A stretch of DNA of 64,000 nt, from assembly GCA_044440125.1 (NCBI GenBank), contig JBITAJ010000022.1, positions 288,001 to 352,000 of the forward strand. The letters are read 5' to 3'. A program made the translations under genes and the position numbers. Position 1 is the stretch's first letter. The number at the start of each line of letters is the position of its first letter. The notes under the pieces were generated by a model. It had not been told where the DNA came from and searched no databases. It saw only the letters and a list, made by a program, of their open reading frames with translations. This document shows positions 1-9,243 of this stretch, one piece after another. This DNA is from Sedimentisphaeraceae bacterium JB056 (GTDB taxonomy: Bacteria; Planctomycetota; Phycisphaerae; Sedimentisphaerales; Sedimentisphaeraceae).

Positions 1-626
1 AGATTATGACATGAAAGATGATTGTTGTAATCCTGACCCCAATAACAATTATTAGCGATCCAGTGCAGATGATTTGTTTTTATGTCAGCTCCAAGATAAG
101 AGAACCAAGTTTCAATAACAGTTCTCTCAGAAGATGAAAGATAATCATACATAAGACTGTATACATTGCCAAAAGCAGTTGCAACCAAAGCAAGATTTAG
201 CCCCGGATCAGGGTCTGAAGCAGGATCTTCTGCCATATTACTTGAATCACCACATCTGGGACTATTATTAGCCCAACTGTACAGTATGTTTTTAGCCTTC
301 TCGGCATAATCTTTTTGACCTGTTGCATGCCACAAAACAGCACAGCTTCTTGCGTATGCAGCTTCATCTAACGCCGCATACCTGAAATCAACATAATCAC
401 CATTTGTCTGATCATACGGATCTGGAGTTATAAGTAAGCCGGCATCTGCCTGAGCCTTTATATCATCCCAGCATTCATCCCATGGAGCGAGATGTTTGCT
501 GCTGCAATCTTTCATTTGATCAATCATCTTATCGGTAACAAATAGAACAGGTCTTGCGATGGATTTCACACCCAACAAACACAAAATCGAAACGAATACA
601 ACCAATCTTACTCTTGCAAATTTCAT
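1..626 (-). CDS. Secreted alginate-lyase-family (PL5-like alpha/alpha toroid) protein, partial; 3' end outside window
   Basis: Not in the ORF track; hand translation from ATG at 626 is open to the window edge: MKFARVRLVVFVSILCLLGVKSIARP...YAEKAKNILYSWA...GQDYNNHLSCH. Signal peptide, AAGGAG SD upstream, NNH motif typical of alginate lyases. Confidence 0.65.
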   Translation of the reverse strand, partial: MKFARVRLVVFVSILCLLGVKSIARPVLFVTDKMIDQMKDCSSKHLAPWDECWDDIKAQADAGLLITPDPYDQTNGDYVDFRYAALDEAAYARSCAVLWHATGQKDYAEKAKNILYSWANNSPRCGDSSNMAEDPASDPDPGLNLALVATAFGNVYSLMYDYLSSSERTVIETWFSYLGADIKTNHLHWIANNCYWGQDYNNHLSCHN

Positions 627-669
627 ACAAAATCTCCTTAAAAAATCATTTTTCTGTAAAAATATGCAT

Positions 670-708
670 AAAAAATGAGCGGCAGACACAAAAATTCCAC
701 CGCTCATT
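670..708 (-). terminator. Probable intrinsic terminator/stem-loop
   Basis: AATGAGCGG (674-682) / CCGCTCATT (700-708) inverted repeat, followed by a T-run on the minus strand, just after the stop at 721. Confidence 0.55.
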
Positions 709-720
709 AAGTTACAAAAA

Positions 721-1593
721 TTAATTGCTTGTTACACATCCGGTCCCTGTAGGATCGGTGCATTTCAGCCATTCAGAAGCTACAACTGTAAAATCATCAA
801 GTCCAACAATGCAGTCTTTATTCAGATCTGAAGCGGCAAAGCCATACAGTCCGCAACCATCTGCACCAACAAACACAAAATCATTCCAGCTTGTTGTCTG
901 GTTGACATCCCATGTTCCATCAGTACTGGTGTCGGTTATGAGTGTTTCATGTGCACCGCTGTCAGCATCACTGAAGATAAATCCTATGCCTATTGACTCA
1001 CCTAAAGCAGGAGTAACACCAAAAGCAGAATTGACGAGCTTAACCTCTATCACATATCCATCAGAGAGAACTGAACCGTCCATTATAATATTCTGATCAT
1101 CTGAAAATACAGCATCATTTCTTCCATAAAAGCCTGCTCCGGCAGAATCTGCTGTTTGAGCAACTAAATCAATAATAGAAGCCGCTGCCCCGGCTGAAGA
1201 ATAATGTCCTGAATATCCACCCGGGTTAAATAAAAGCTGCACAGCATCCTGACTGTTATAAGGCCCGGGAGAATAGTTCAACCATCCATGATCATTATCA
1301 TAGACACGGAATGCCAGATAAATATTATCATCATCCCATGCTGTATAAATATCCACGCTGAGATCAGCAGTACTTGCCGGTGTCGCCCAACCATCAGGAG
1401 AAGATCCGTTGTAAGGATCGCTAAGAATCGCCGGATAAGTCATTGTTGAATCAAAAACGCCATCCCATTCTCCAGATGATAATGTACCATCAATAACTGG
1501 GGCTGTTTCAATATATTTAGCATTGTAGTTGTACGCCATAGCAGATGCGCACAGTATCATTATAACAGATAAACTGGTAAATGTAGTCTTCAT
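721..1593 (-). CDS. Secreted CBM9/DOMON-like sugar-binding protein with C-terminal half-dockerin-like tag
   Basis: APVIDGTL..GEW, AWDDDNIYLAFRVYD, DAVQL, GYVIEVK are CBM9_1-like. Start refined to MKTTF (1593, GGAG upstream). C-terminus SDLNKDCIVGLDDF..SEWLKC. Confidence 0.75.
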   Translation of the reverse strand: MKTTFTSLSVIMILCASAMAYNYNAKYIETAPVIDGTLSSGEWDGVFDSTMTYPAILSDPYNGSSPDGWATPASTADLSVDIYTAWDDDNIYLAFRVYDNDHGWLNYSPGPYNSQDAVQLLFNPGGYSGHYSSAGAAASIIDLVAQTADSAGAGFYGRNDAVFSDDQNIIMDGSVLSDGYVIEVKLVNSAFGVTPALGESIGIGFIFSDADSGAHETLITDTSTDGTWDVNQTTSWNDFVFVGADGCGLYGFAASDLNKDCIVGLDDFTVVASEWLKCTDPTGTGCVTSN

Positions 1594-1637
1594 AATAAAC
1601 TCCATATTTATGATTAATAATCTGATACAGGAAACAA

Positions 1638-3260
1638 TCATTCACATCCGATGACACCAGGCTCACTACAGTCAATAAGCCACTGTTGTGCCATCTCAGC
1701 AATGTCAAGATCATCTACATAGCAGTCCTGATTTATATCTGCAGGGCTGTATCCCCATGCACCACATTCAGGATCCTCCGGTACTGCTCTTGATATCTTG
1801 AACTCATCAACACGCCCGATTATCTTATGGGCCAGCGAACTGTCGCTTCCTATATAGAGAGCTCTTATCGCAGAAGCTACACTTGTATCTGCCGCAGTTA
1901 CCTGACCGGCTAATACACCGTCAATATATGTACTCATCACACCCTGATAAAATTCAAACGCATAATGATGCCACACAGTTGCATCAGCTACAGCCACATC
2001 AAGAACAGTAGCTGCACCAGTTGAAGCGGTCCATGTAACAAATCTTATACCCCAACTACCATCACCAAGGTCACGTAAACTGAAACGTAATCTTGAAGGC
2101 TGATGGAAGAAGTAATACTCATAGCCGTCATTAAGCTTTTCTGCATCGTGAACAGCCCAAAGTTCTACGCGGAAGTTATCATTAGGTATGCCGAATTCAT
2201 CATTAGCATCAATACCCTGAACCTTTATACTCTTATAGCCATTAAACTCAAAACATTTAGCAAATCCCTCATTAGGATCAGGACCAAAGCTGTCAACAAG
2301 TGCCGGACCGGTATAATCATCACCTGCAACACTATCTGGCTGCAGAATACCATCAAGATTTCTCTCAGGATCAAGACCTCTGCCCGGATTGAAGCTATCA
2401 TCATCAGGAGTCCTTCTTGGCGACTGTTCCAAAACTTCATCACAATGTAAAAGCAGGAAAGTATTGTAATCATCAACATACGGCGAAGTAAACTCAGGAA
2501 TCTCCATAGTAGGTATGCTTATTTTGAGTTCATCAATTATACCGGTAAAAGATGTATTATTGGAATACCTGCCGCCAACATATATTGTTGGGTGGTGACA
2601 ATCTTTTATCACTGTGTTAATAGCACCGCTTACTGCACCACCGGGTGAAGCTGGAGCTCCCTCAATAGACACTGAAACATTACCTTCAGCATCACACAAA
2701 GCAACAGCATGATTCCACTGATTTTGCAACGTTGAGGCAGGAACCCAGTTAGAATTTGCACTGAAGTAAGTACCATCAGCATCGTAAACAGTAAATATCA
2801 TCTTTCCATAACCGGCTGAACTGTTCCAGGCAAGTTGCAAAATCCACGAATTGGTTACATCACACACATACTCAACACCATTTGCAACAGGTGTACCTGG
2901 TTTGAAATCAACCTCGACCTTTACACTGTCATAATTAGCCCAACCGCTGTAATTATAGGCCATATCGCCGCCATCAAAGCTCAAAGCATTACCATACGAA
3001 CCAGTTACTAAAGTCGGAAGATACTCAGCGGCACTTCCTCCGGCACTCCTGAGTCCCAAAGTCAACACATTACCAGCCCTGGAGCTGACACTTGTATCAT
3101 CTTCCACTATTGGTCCGTTATCATACTGACCACCGGTAGAAACGACACTATCCATATGCCACAATCCAATTGTCTGATAATCATCAACAGGCGCAGCAGC
3201 TTTGATAAGCGTTGATGTAACAGCCAAAATCAAAATACAGGTTAAGAATCTCTTACACAT
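1638..3260 (-). CDS. Secreted protein with two LamG-like jellyroll domains and a half-dockerin-like tag
   Basis: Signal peptide; twice GLWH/LLLH...WNH/WHH...F(T)GIIDELKIS / IGRVDEFKIS; C-terminal ADINQDCYVD..D..QWL. Confidence 0.8.
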   Translation of the reverse strand: MCKRFLTCILILAVTSTLIKAAAPVDDYQTIGLWHMDSVVSTGGQYDNGPIVEDDTSVSSRAGNVLTLGLRSAGGSAAEYLPTLVTGSYGNALSFDGGDMAYNYSGWANYDSVKVEVDFKPGTPVANGVEYVCDVTNSWILQLAWNSSAGYGKMIFTVYDADGTYFSANSNWVPASTLQNQWNHAVALCDAEGNVSVSIEGAPASPGGAVSGAINTVIKDCHHPTIYVGGRYSNNTSFTGIIDELKISIPTMEIPEFTSPYVDDYNTFLLLHCDEVLEQSPRRTPDDDSFNPGRGLDPERNLDGILQPDSVAGDDYTGPALVDSFGPDPNEGFAKCFEFNGYKSIKVQGIDANDEFGIPNDNFRVELWAVHDAEKLNDGYEYYFFHQPSRLRFSLRDLGDGSWGIRFVTWTASTGAATVLDVAVADATVWHHYAFEFYQGVMSTYIDGVLAGQVTAADTSVASAIRALYIGSDSSLAHKIIGRVDEFKISRAVPEDPECGAWGYSPADINQDCYVDDLDIAEMAQQWLIDCSEPGVIGCE

Positions 3261-3306
3261 AATTACTCCTTAGAAAAATTATTAATTAAACATAATATTC
3301 TTTTGG

Positions 3307-3337
3307 ATATTCAGTTCGTACCCACCGAACTGAATAT
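3307..3337. other. 12-bp perfect stem-loop between the pseudopilin and LamG genes
   Basis: ATATTCAGTTCG (3307-3318) / CGAACTGAATAT (3326-3337); no U-tract in the transcribed (minus) direction. Confidence 0.6.
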
Positions 3338-3363
3338 TTTATGACGTGAACAGTAATCCAATT

Positions 3364-4206
3364 TTACGGATTTACTCTAACATTTCTTACTGGATGGAAA
3401 TCTGTTCCAAGATGATCACTCCAGGGCCAAAGACCAAGACTTTCGCAATGACCATCTGCAAAAAGATAATTAGTCTTTCCATCATGATTTGGTGCAGGAC
3501 CAAAGTAATCATATTCCTGCCTTTGGAGATTACCGTCCCATCCATACTTCACTATAGCATTAGGGTGTGGATAATAAGGATTCATTCTCCAACCGGCAAC
3601 CCCTAAATACCCTTTACCATCATCGACAGGCGCCTCCATGCTCAGATCAGCAAGCAATGGCAGCTGAGCTGGCATCTTTATTGAAGAAATCTTTCTCCAA
3701 TTAAATTTATAATTAGTATCATTTTTATCTGGGTTATTTATGTTTGTAAAATATATATTAAATCCATAAACACCTGATGCACCTGCACTGACATTATCGC
3801 TTAGAAGCTGTTTAACAAACTTCTTTTGAGTAGGACATCTAAAAAAATCAAAATTGTAGATATTATCACCTGTATTATTTGCCACACTATTGTAATCAGA
3901 TGAACGATCGTAATAAGAAGCTATCTTTTCGAACCATCTTCCACCAGCAGCAAGAGCACCTGCCGAAGTATAAGCCTGCGAATCAGGTAATCTTCCATCA
4001 TTTTCTGTCACATACAGATTGATTGCAGTGCCGAGATCTTTCAACTGAGATTTACAGACTATCATAGCCGCCTGAGCTTTGACTTTAGCTAAAGCCGGCA
4101 TCATGATTGCCATAAGCACGGCTATTATGGAAATTACAACAAGAAGTTCAATTAAAGTAAAAGCCCTCTTACTTCGGTATGATTGATCAAAAAGACAATA
4201 TTCCAT
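3364..4206 (-). CDS. Prepilin-type N-terminal cleavage/methylation protein with H-X9-DG motif (DUF1559-like pseudopilin)
   Basis: KRA|FTLIELLVVISIIAVLMAIMMPAL; FRCP; C-terminal H-DGKTNYLFA-DG. Confidence 0.9.
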   Translation of the reverse strand: MEYCLFDQSYRSKRAFTLIELLVVISIIAVLMAIMMPALAKVKAQAAMIVCKSQLKDLGTAINLYVTENDGRLPDSQAYTSAGALAAGGRWFEKIASYYDRSSDYNSVANNTGDNIYNFDFFRCPTQKKFVKQLLSDNVSAGASGVYGFNIYFTNINNPDKNDTNYKFNWRKISSIKMPAQLPLLADLSMEAPVDDGKGYLGVAGWRMNPYYPHPNAIVKYGWDGNLQRQEYDYFGPAPNHDGKTNYLFADGHCESLGLWPWSDHLGTDFHPVRNVRVNP

Positions 4207-4259
4207 CGGTCAAAACCCCTGTATTAAAATATAATAGTAAAATACAACTGTTAATTTCA

Positions 4260-4273
4260 TGCAAACGTTCCCA
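4260..4273. promoter_or_regulatory. LacI-type operator O1
   Basis: TGCAAACGTTCCCA, CG-centred pseudo-palindrome downstream of the pseudopilin promoter. Confidence 0.6.
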
Positions 4274-4311
4274 TTTAGAATTATTAAGTTTTCTACATGG
4301 TATATTAACGA

Positions 4312-4340
4312 AGTATATTAAATCCCAAACAATAAGTCAA
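4312..4340 (-). promoter_or_regulatory. Sigma70-type promoter of the pseudopilin operon
   Basis: TTGACT-17 bp-TATACT on the minus strand. Confidence 0.65.
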
Positions 4341-4349
4341 GCCTTTTTT

Positions 4350-4363
4350 TGCAATCGTTCACA
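4350..4363. promoter_or_regulatory. LacI-type operator O2
   Basis: TGCAATCGTTCACA, 12/14 identical to O1. Confidence 0.6.
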
Positions 4364-4477
4364 TTTAAAACAAACACAAACCACTTTAAAGCCATAAAAT
4401 AAACATCTTTACAAATTACATGTGCCTGACATTTTACTCTTGTAATACAATATTATTAATAAACTTACAAAAAATAC

Positions 4478-4522
4478 TTGATAAAAAAACAACAAACCAC
4501 TATAATAATGAGAACGTTATTA
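4478..4522 (+). promoter_or_regulatory. Sigma70-type promoter of the LacI gene with a possible autoregulatory operator
   Basis: TTGATA-17 bp-TATAAT (4478-4506), then TGAGAACGTTATTA (4509-4522). Confidence 0.6.
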
Positions 4523-4539
4523 TTTTTAGGACAAAAAAA

Positions 4540-5547
4540 ATGGACATAACGAAGAATAAAGCAACATTAAAAACCGTAGCCAAAGAGCTTAAAATCTCAG
4601 TGTCGACTGTAAGCAGAGCTTTCACACAACCAGACTCTGTAAAGCCAGCCACCCTTGCCATGATAAGAGAAACGTCACGCAAACTCAACTACAAACCTAA
4701 CTTAAATGCACGAGCTCTTGTTCAGCAAAAGACCCATGTAATAGCTGTAATACTACAATCATTAAAAAATCAGACTACGGAAACTTTAATAAACAAGCTT
4801 ACTAAACTGCTCTCATTAAGAGGATATGACATACACTTATTTGTCACTTACAGCGACAATCAGCTTAATAATGATGCAATTAACTCAGTCTTATGCAGAG
4901 GCTATGACGGCGTAATAATTAATCATGGCGCTTTTGAAGGCAAAATGGAGGCCATTGAGACGCTCATAAAAGAACAAATACCATTTGTTGTGCTCGGTCA
5001 ATACGATTATTCAACAGTAAGCCAGGTTATAGGTGATTTCAAACTCGCAGGTCGAGTGATAACAAAATACCTTATTGAGCTTGGACACAAAAACATAGCT
5101 TTTGCAACAACATGTAATGGCGATCCAAGATACGAAGGATACGTAAACATGCTGAATCAGCACGGCCTGCCAGTAAGAGAAGATATGGTATTTACATGCC
5201 AATGCACACAGGATGACATATATGAAGTTGCAAAAAAAATAAGTAAGACCAATACTACTGCCTTGTTCGCAAATTTCGATGAACTGGCTACAAGATTCAT
5301 AAGAGCTTTCAAAGAAATCGGCATGTCAATACCACAGCAAATATCTGTTGTAGGAGTCGGCAATGAAATGTATTCTGACCTTATAAGCCCGCCACTAACC
5401 ACTTTTGAGATAGACACTGCGCACTTGGCAGAAAACCTTGTAGAATGCCTTTTTGAAAGAATCGAGAAACCTAATTCACCCACACGAACCATACTTCTCA
5501 ACGGCAGCCTTATAGCCAGAGAATCCACAATAGAACTAAAAGACTAA
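4540..5547 (+). CDS. LacI-family transcriptional regulator
   Basis: TLKTVAKELKISVSTVSRA HTH, LNYKPNLNARAL hinge, PPLTT sugar-binding domain. Start refined to 4540, downstream of the promoter. Confidence 0.93.
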   Translation: MDITKNKATLKTVAKELKISVSTVSRAFTQPDSVKPATLAMIRETSRKLNYKPNLNARALVQQKTHVIAVILQSLKNQTTETLINKLTKLLSLRGYDIHLFVTYSDNQLNNDAINSVLCRGYDGVIINHGAFEGKMEAIETLIKEQIPFVVLGQYDYSTVSQVIGDFKLAGRVITKYLIELGHKNIAFATTCNGDPRYEGYVNMLNQHGLPVREDMVFTCQCTQDDIYEVAKKISKTNTTALFANFDELATRFIRAFKEIGMSIPQQISVVGVGNEMYSDLISPPLTTFEIDTAHLAENLVECLFERIEKPNSPTRTILLNGSLIARESTIELKD

Positions 5548-5569
5548 TACACGAAAGATAGAATAAGAG

Positions 5570-6577
5570 ATGAATCATAAAAAGATAAAAGGCCTGTTCA
5601 TTCTTCATAAAGAAGCCTATGAGAAAATTTACAGTGAAAAAGAGCTTTTTGAGATAAGCAGGTATGTTGAGATCTACGCTCCTGTGCAGACACCGGAGTC
5701 AGTACTGGCAAACCCTTATATTCTGCAGGAAGCGGAAGTTATATTTTCCGGCTGGGGAATGCCGGTAATGGACTCTCGCTTCTTTGAATACGCCCGGAAG
5801 CTTAAAGCTGTTTTTTATGGCTCTGGAACAGTCAAATATTTCCTTACCGATTTGGTATGGGAAAAAGGAGTCAAAATCACAAGTGCCTTTGCCGCAAACG
5901 CCATACCTGTCGCCGAATTCACACTCGGGCAGATTATCTTGAGCCTTAAATCAAGCTGGTATCACTCCCGTAATATCCGAAAACTAAGAACGTTCAAACC
6001 ATCCGAATGCTATGGACCTGGCATGTATGGCGCCAAAGTAGGCTTGATATCACTTGGCATGATCTCAAGGCACTTGTGCAGTCTGCTGCTGCCATTTAAT
6101 ATCAAACTACTCGCTTACGACCCATACATTGATGAAGAGACGGCACGTATGCTCAACGTAGAATTGTGTTCTCTCGAAGAAGTATTCAAATGCAGCGATG
6201 TAGTAAGCTTGCATACTCCGCTCAACGAAGAAACAGAAGGTATGATTCATGCCGAACACTTTGAAATGATGAAGCCTTACTCAACATTTATCAACACAGC
6301 GCGTGGAGCTATAGTAAGAGAAGAAGATATGATAGATGTTCTCCAAAAACGCCCTGACATAACTGCTCTTCTTGATGTCACTACTCCAGAACCTCCATCA
6401 CATGATTCTTCCCTCTACGATCTTGAAAACGTGATACTTACGCCGCATATCGCAGGCTCAATGGGTGAAGAATGCAAACGAATGGGCAAATATATGCTGC
6501 AGGAACTGATGAACTACGTAAACGGCAAAGAACTCCGATGGCAGATAACAAAAGAAAATATAAACATCCTCGCCTAA
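5570..6577 (+). CDS. D-isomer-specific 2-hydroxyacid dehydrogenase family protein
   Basis: VSLHTPL, FINTARG, LDVTTPEP, LTPHIAG motifs. Confidence 0.9.
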   Translation: MNHKKIKGLFILHKEAYEKIYSEKELFEISRYVEIYAPVQTPESVLANPYILQEAEVIFSGWGMPVMDSRFFEYARKLKAVFYGSGTVKYFLTDLVWEKGVKITSAFAANAIPVAEFTLGQIILSLKSSWYHSRNIRKLRTFKPSECYGPGMYGAKVGLISLGMISRHLCSLLLPFNIKLLAYDPYIDEETARMLNVELCSLEEVFKCSDVVSLHTPLNEETEGMIHAEHFEMMKPYSTFINTARGAIVREEDMIDVLQKRPDITALLDVTTPEPPSHDSSLYDLENVILTPHIAGSMGEECKRMGKYMLQELMNYVNGKELRWQITKENINILA

Positions 6578-6620
6578 CAATTTACCTAAATCAAGCCACT
6601 CTACTAAAAAATATATATCC

Positions 6621-7106
6621 CGTAGGGTGCAAAAACACTATAGTCATAAATATTTACAGAGATATCATTTACAATACTTGCGACTGAAACGCCTTGCAAT
6701 AAGCACCGGCTTCTGTATTATTTACTGGCTATGAAACAGAAATTTCTAATCGCAATGGTAGCCTGTATTGACTATTGTATCAACAAGGAACTCTACAGGA
6801 CAATTGGCTATCTCAGAACTCAAGTAGAAGTACTCCTTCAAGAACAACAAAAACAGAACAAGCGAATCTGTTTGAGTGACAAACAAAAGGTACGTATTGC
6901 CGCCAAAGCCAAGCTTCTGTGCTTCTATTAAGCTCCAACCTGCGCCAAGACTTATATGTTTGATGTTAAATCAAGTCAAAGATAACTGTTTTCTGCAATA
7001 CACAATGTAATTACTATACATTGAGTACAAAAAAATAGCTCAAATTTAAGCAATTAACCCATCAAAAAGCAAAGCCATGGTAACGGATGAGTTTTTGCAC
7101 CCCCAC
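6621..7106 (+). mobile_element. Internally deleted IS remnant (integrase-core/rve-type transposase) retaining both terminal inverted repeats
   Basis: GGGTGCAAAAAC (6625-6636) / GTTTTTGCACCC (7091-7102) inverted repeat enclosing a truncated transposase-like ORF. Confidence 0.7.
6731..6931 (+). pseudogene. Truncated transposase N-terminus
   Basis: IGYLRTQVEVL...KRICLSDKQKVRIAAKAK resembles the N-terminus of PVC-group integrase-core-domain transposases; only 66 aa. Confidence 0.7.
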
Positions 7107-7161
7107 TGTGGCGGAGTCTGACACAAAAACTAATTTGGCTGATAAACAACTATTTTTGGCG

Positions 7162-7190
7162 TTTACATTAAACATATCTACAGGTATTAT
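7162..7190 (+). promoter_or_regulatory. Putative sigma70 promoter
   Basis: TTTACA-17 bp-TATTAT, 42 bp upstream of the 7233 start. Confidence 0.4.
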
Positions 7191-7232
7191 TACAATATTA
7201 AGTCAGGTATCTTAAATTGAAAGGGACTAAAA

Positions 7233-9200
7233 ATGTTTCGTGTAAAGGTTGGAAGATGTTTTGCAGCGGCGTTGATACTGTTGGTTTTGAGCTCTAATAA
7301 TCATGCAGCAGAAATGACACGTCTAAAATACAATAATCACGGACTCACCGTAAAACTTGGCGTAGGCTTATGGGCATGGCCGTTGCCTATGGATTACGAC
7401 AATGACGGCGATTACGACATGATAGTATCGTGTCCCGACAAACCTTACCGTGGTTTATACTTTTTTGAAAACACAAGCGGCAACGTCAAAATGCCGATAT
7501 TCGAACCCGCCAGAAGAATCGGCAACACAAAAAACAATCTGCAAATATCTTATGTTGACGGTAAAGAAAGAATAGTCTGCACAAATCAGGAACTGGTTGA
7601 TATAAGAAAATACGGAATAGACAAACGCACAACAATATACCCAAAATCAAACATACACGAAACTAAAGGACGTATCAGAGCCAATCAATGGAAATATTGC
7701 GACTACGAAGGTGATGGAGATATTGATATAATTGTAGGTGTAGGCGACTGGACAGACTATGGCTGGGACAACGCTTATGACAAAAACGGTAAATGGCTCA
7801 ATGGCCCTCTGCATGGTTATGTTTATCTGATCGAAAATATTGCAACAACCGAAAAACCGCAATACAAAGAGCCGGTTAAAATAGAAGCAGATGGGAAAGT
7901 CATAGATGTTTATGGTATGCCCTCTCCAAATCTGGCAGACTTTGATAATGACGGCGACCTCGATATAATGTGCGGCGAGTTCATAGACAAACTCACCTAT
8001 TTTGAGAATATCGGCAGCCGCAACAAACCTGTATACAAAAAAGGATATTTCCTTAAACATAATAACAAACCAATAACCGTAAACCTGTGCATGTTTACAC
8101 CCGTTGCTCTGGACTGGGACAAAGATGGTGATGTTGATATTATAGCCGGTGAAGAAGACGGCACGGTAATCTTTATTGAAAACACAGGCAAACTCAAGGA
8201 CGGCATCCCTGCATTCTTACCGCCTGTCAGTTTCCTGCAAAAGGGGGAGTATGTCAAATACGGTGCATTAGTAACACCATACAGCTTCGACTGGGATAGC
8301 GATGGCGATGAAGATTTAATCTGCGGCAACACGGCAGGCAATATCGGCTTCATAGAAAACCTCGGAGAATTTGACGGCTTGATCAGATGGGCAGAACCTG
8401 TCGATCTTGAAGCTGACGGCAAAAAGGTACGTATCATGGCGGGTTATAACGGCTCAATTCAAGGGCCATGCGAAACAAAATGGGGCTACACTGCAGTCAA
8501 CGTTGCAGACTGGGACAATGACGGTCTGCCGGATATTATTATCAACTCAATACTCGGTAAAATTCAATGGTTTAAAAATATCGGGACAAAAAAAGCACCC
8601 GTACTTTCGGCAATAAAGGACATTGAAGTACAATGGCAGCAAACACCACCTACTCCTGCATGGAACTGGAACAAGGCTAAAGACAGCGAACTTATAGTTC
8701 AATGGCGAACAACACCACTGGTTACAGACTACAATAATGACGGACTCTGCGATATGCTCCTGATAGACCATGAAGGATATCTGAGCTTCTTTGAACGATA
8801 CAACGACAACGGGCAATTAAAACTGATGCCGGGCAAACGAATTTTCGAGGGCAAGAGTCAATCAGTGTTTGATGCAAAGGGTAATCCGCAAAATGGACTG
8901 CTCCGGCTTAATAACGGAATCGCAGGCCGCAGCGGCAGACGTAAATTCTGTCTTGCAGACTGGAACAATGACGGCAAGCAGGATCTGCTCGTAAACAGCG
9001 TAAATATCAATTTCCTGCAAAACATATCAGAGAAAGGTGCTGATAATCTTTTTGCCGATCAGGGCAAAATGGTAGAAAATATACTTGCCGGACATACCAC
9101 ATGCCCTACCGTAGTTGACTGGGATAAAAACGGCTTGCCCGACTTACTTGCAGGAGCCGAAGACGGCTTTTTCTATTACCTGCCAAATCCTAATAAGTAA
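7233..9200 (+). CDS. Secreted FG-GAP/VCBS-repeat beta-propeller protein
   Basis: Signal peptide; about nine D-[WYF]-[DN]-x-DG-x-x-D-[LIM] repeats with following FENxG motifs. Confidence 0.88.
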   Translation: MFRVKVGRCFAAALILLVLSSNNHAAEMTRLKYNNHGLTVKLGVGLWAWPLPMDYDNDGDYDMIVSCPDKPYRGLYFFENTSGNVKMPIFEPARRIGNTKNNLQISYVDGKERIVCTNQELVDIRKYGIDKRTTIYPKSNIHETKGRIRANQWKYCDYEGDGDIDIIVGVGDWTDYGWDNAYDKNGKWLNGPLHGYVYLIENIATTEKPQYKEPVKIEADGKVIDVYGMPSPNLADFDNDGDLDIMCGEFIDKLTYFENIGSRNKPVYKKGYFLKHNNKPITVNLCMFTPVALDWDKDGDVDIIAGEEDGTVIFIENTGKLKDGIPAFLPPVSFLQKGEYVKYGALVTPYSFDWDSDGDEDLICGNTAGNIGFIENLGEFDGLIRWAEPVDLEADGKKVRIMAGYNGSIQGPCETKWGYTAVNVADWDNDGLPDIIINSILGKIQWFKNIGTKKAPVLSAIKDIEVQWQQTPPTPAWNWNKAKDSELIVQWRTTPLVTDYNNDGLCDMLLIDHEGYLSFFERYNDNGQLKLMPGKRIFEGKSQSVFDAKGNPQNGLLRLNNGIAGRSGRRKFCLADWNNDGKQDLLVNSVNINFLQNISEKGADNLFADQGKMVENILAGHTTCPTVVDWDKNGLPDLLAGAEDGFFYYLPNPNK

Positions 9201-9243
9201 CCAAATATTCAACGTTATTATATTTAAGTAAAAGGAAAACGAA

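Noticed and set aside
3364..4206. Prepilin genes as part of a T2SS/T4P machinery operon
   Set aside because: No ATPase, secretin, platform protein or prepilin peptidase in the window; any machinery must be encoded elsewhere.
4420..4539. Longer N-termini given by the ORF track (also 1641, 18696, 22835, 25086, 29002, 30444, 56798)
   Set aside because: The extensions overlap promoters, terminators or neighbouring genes; downstream starts have SD sequences or restore signal peptides.
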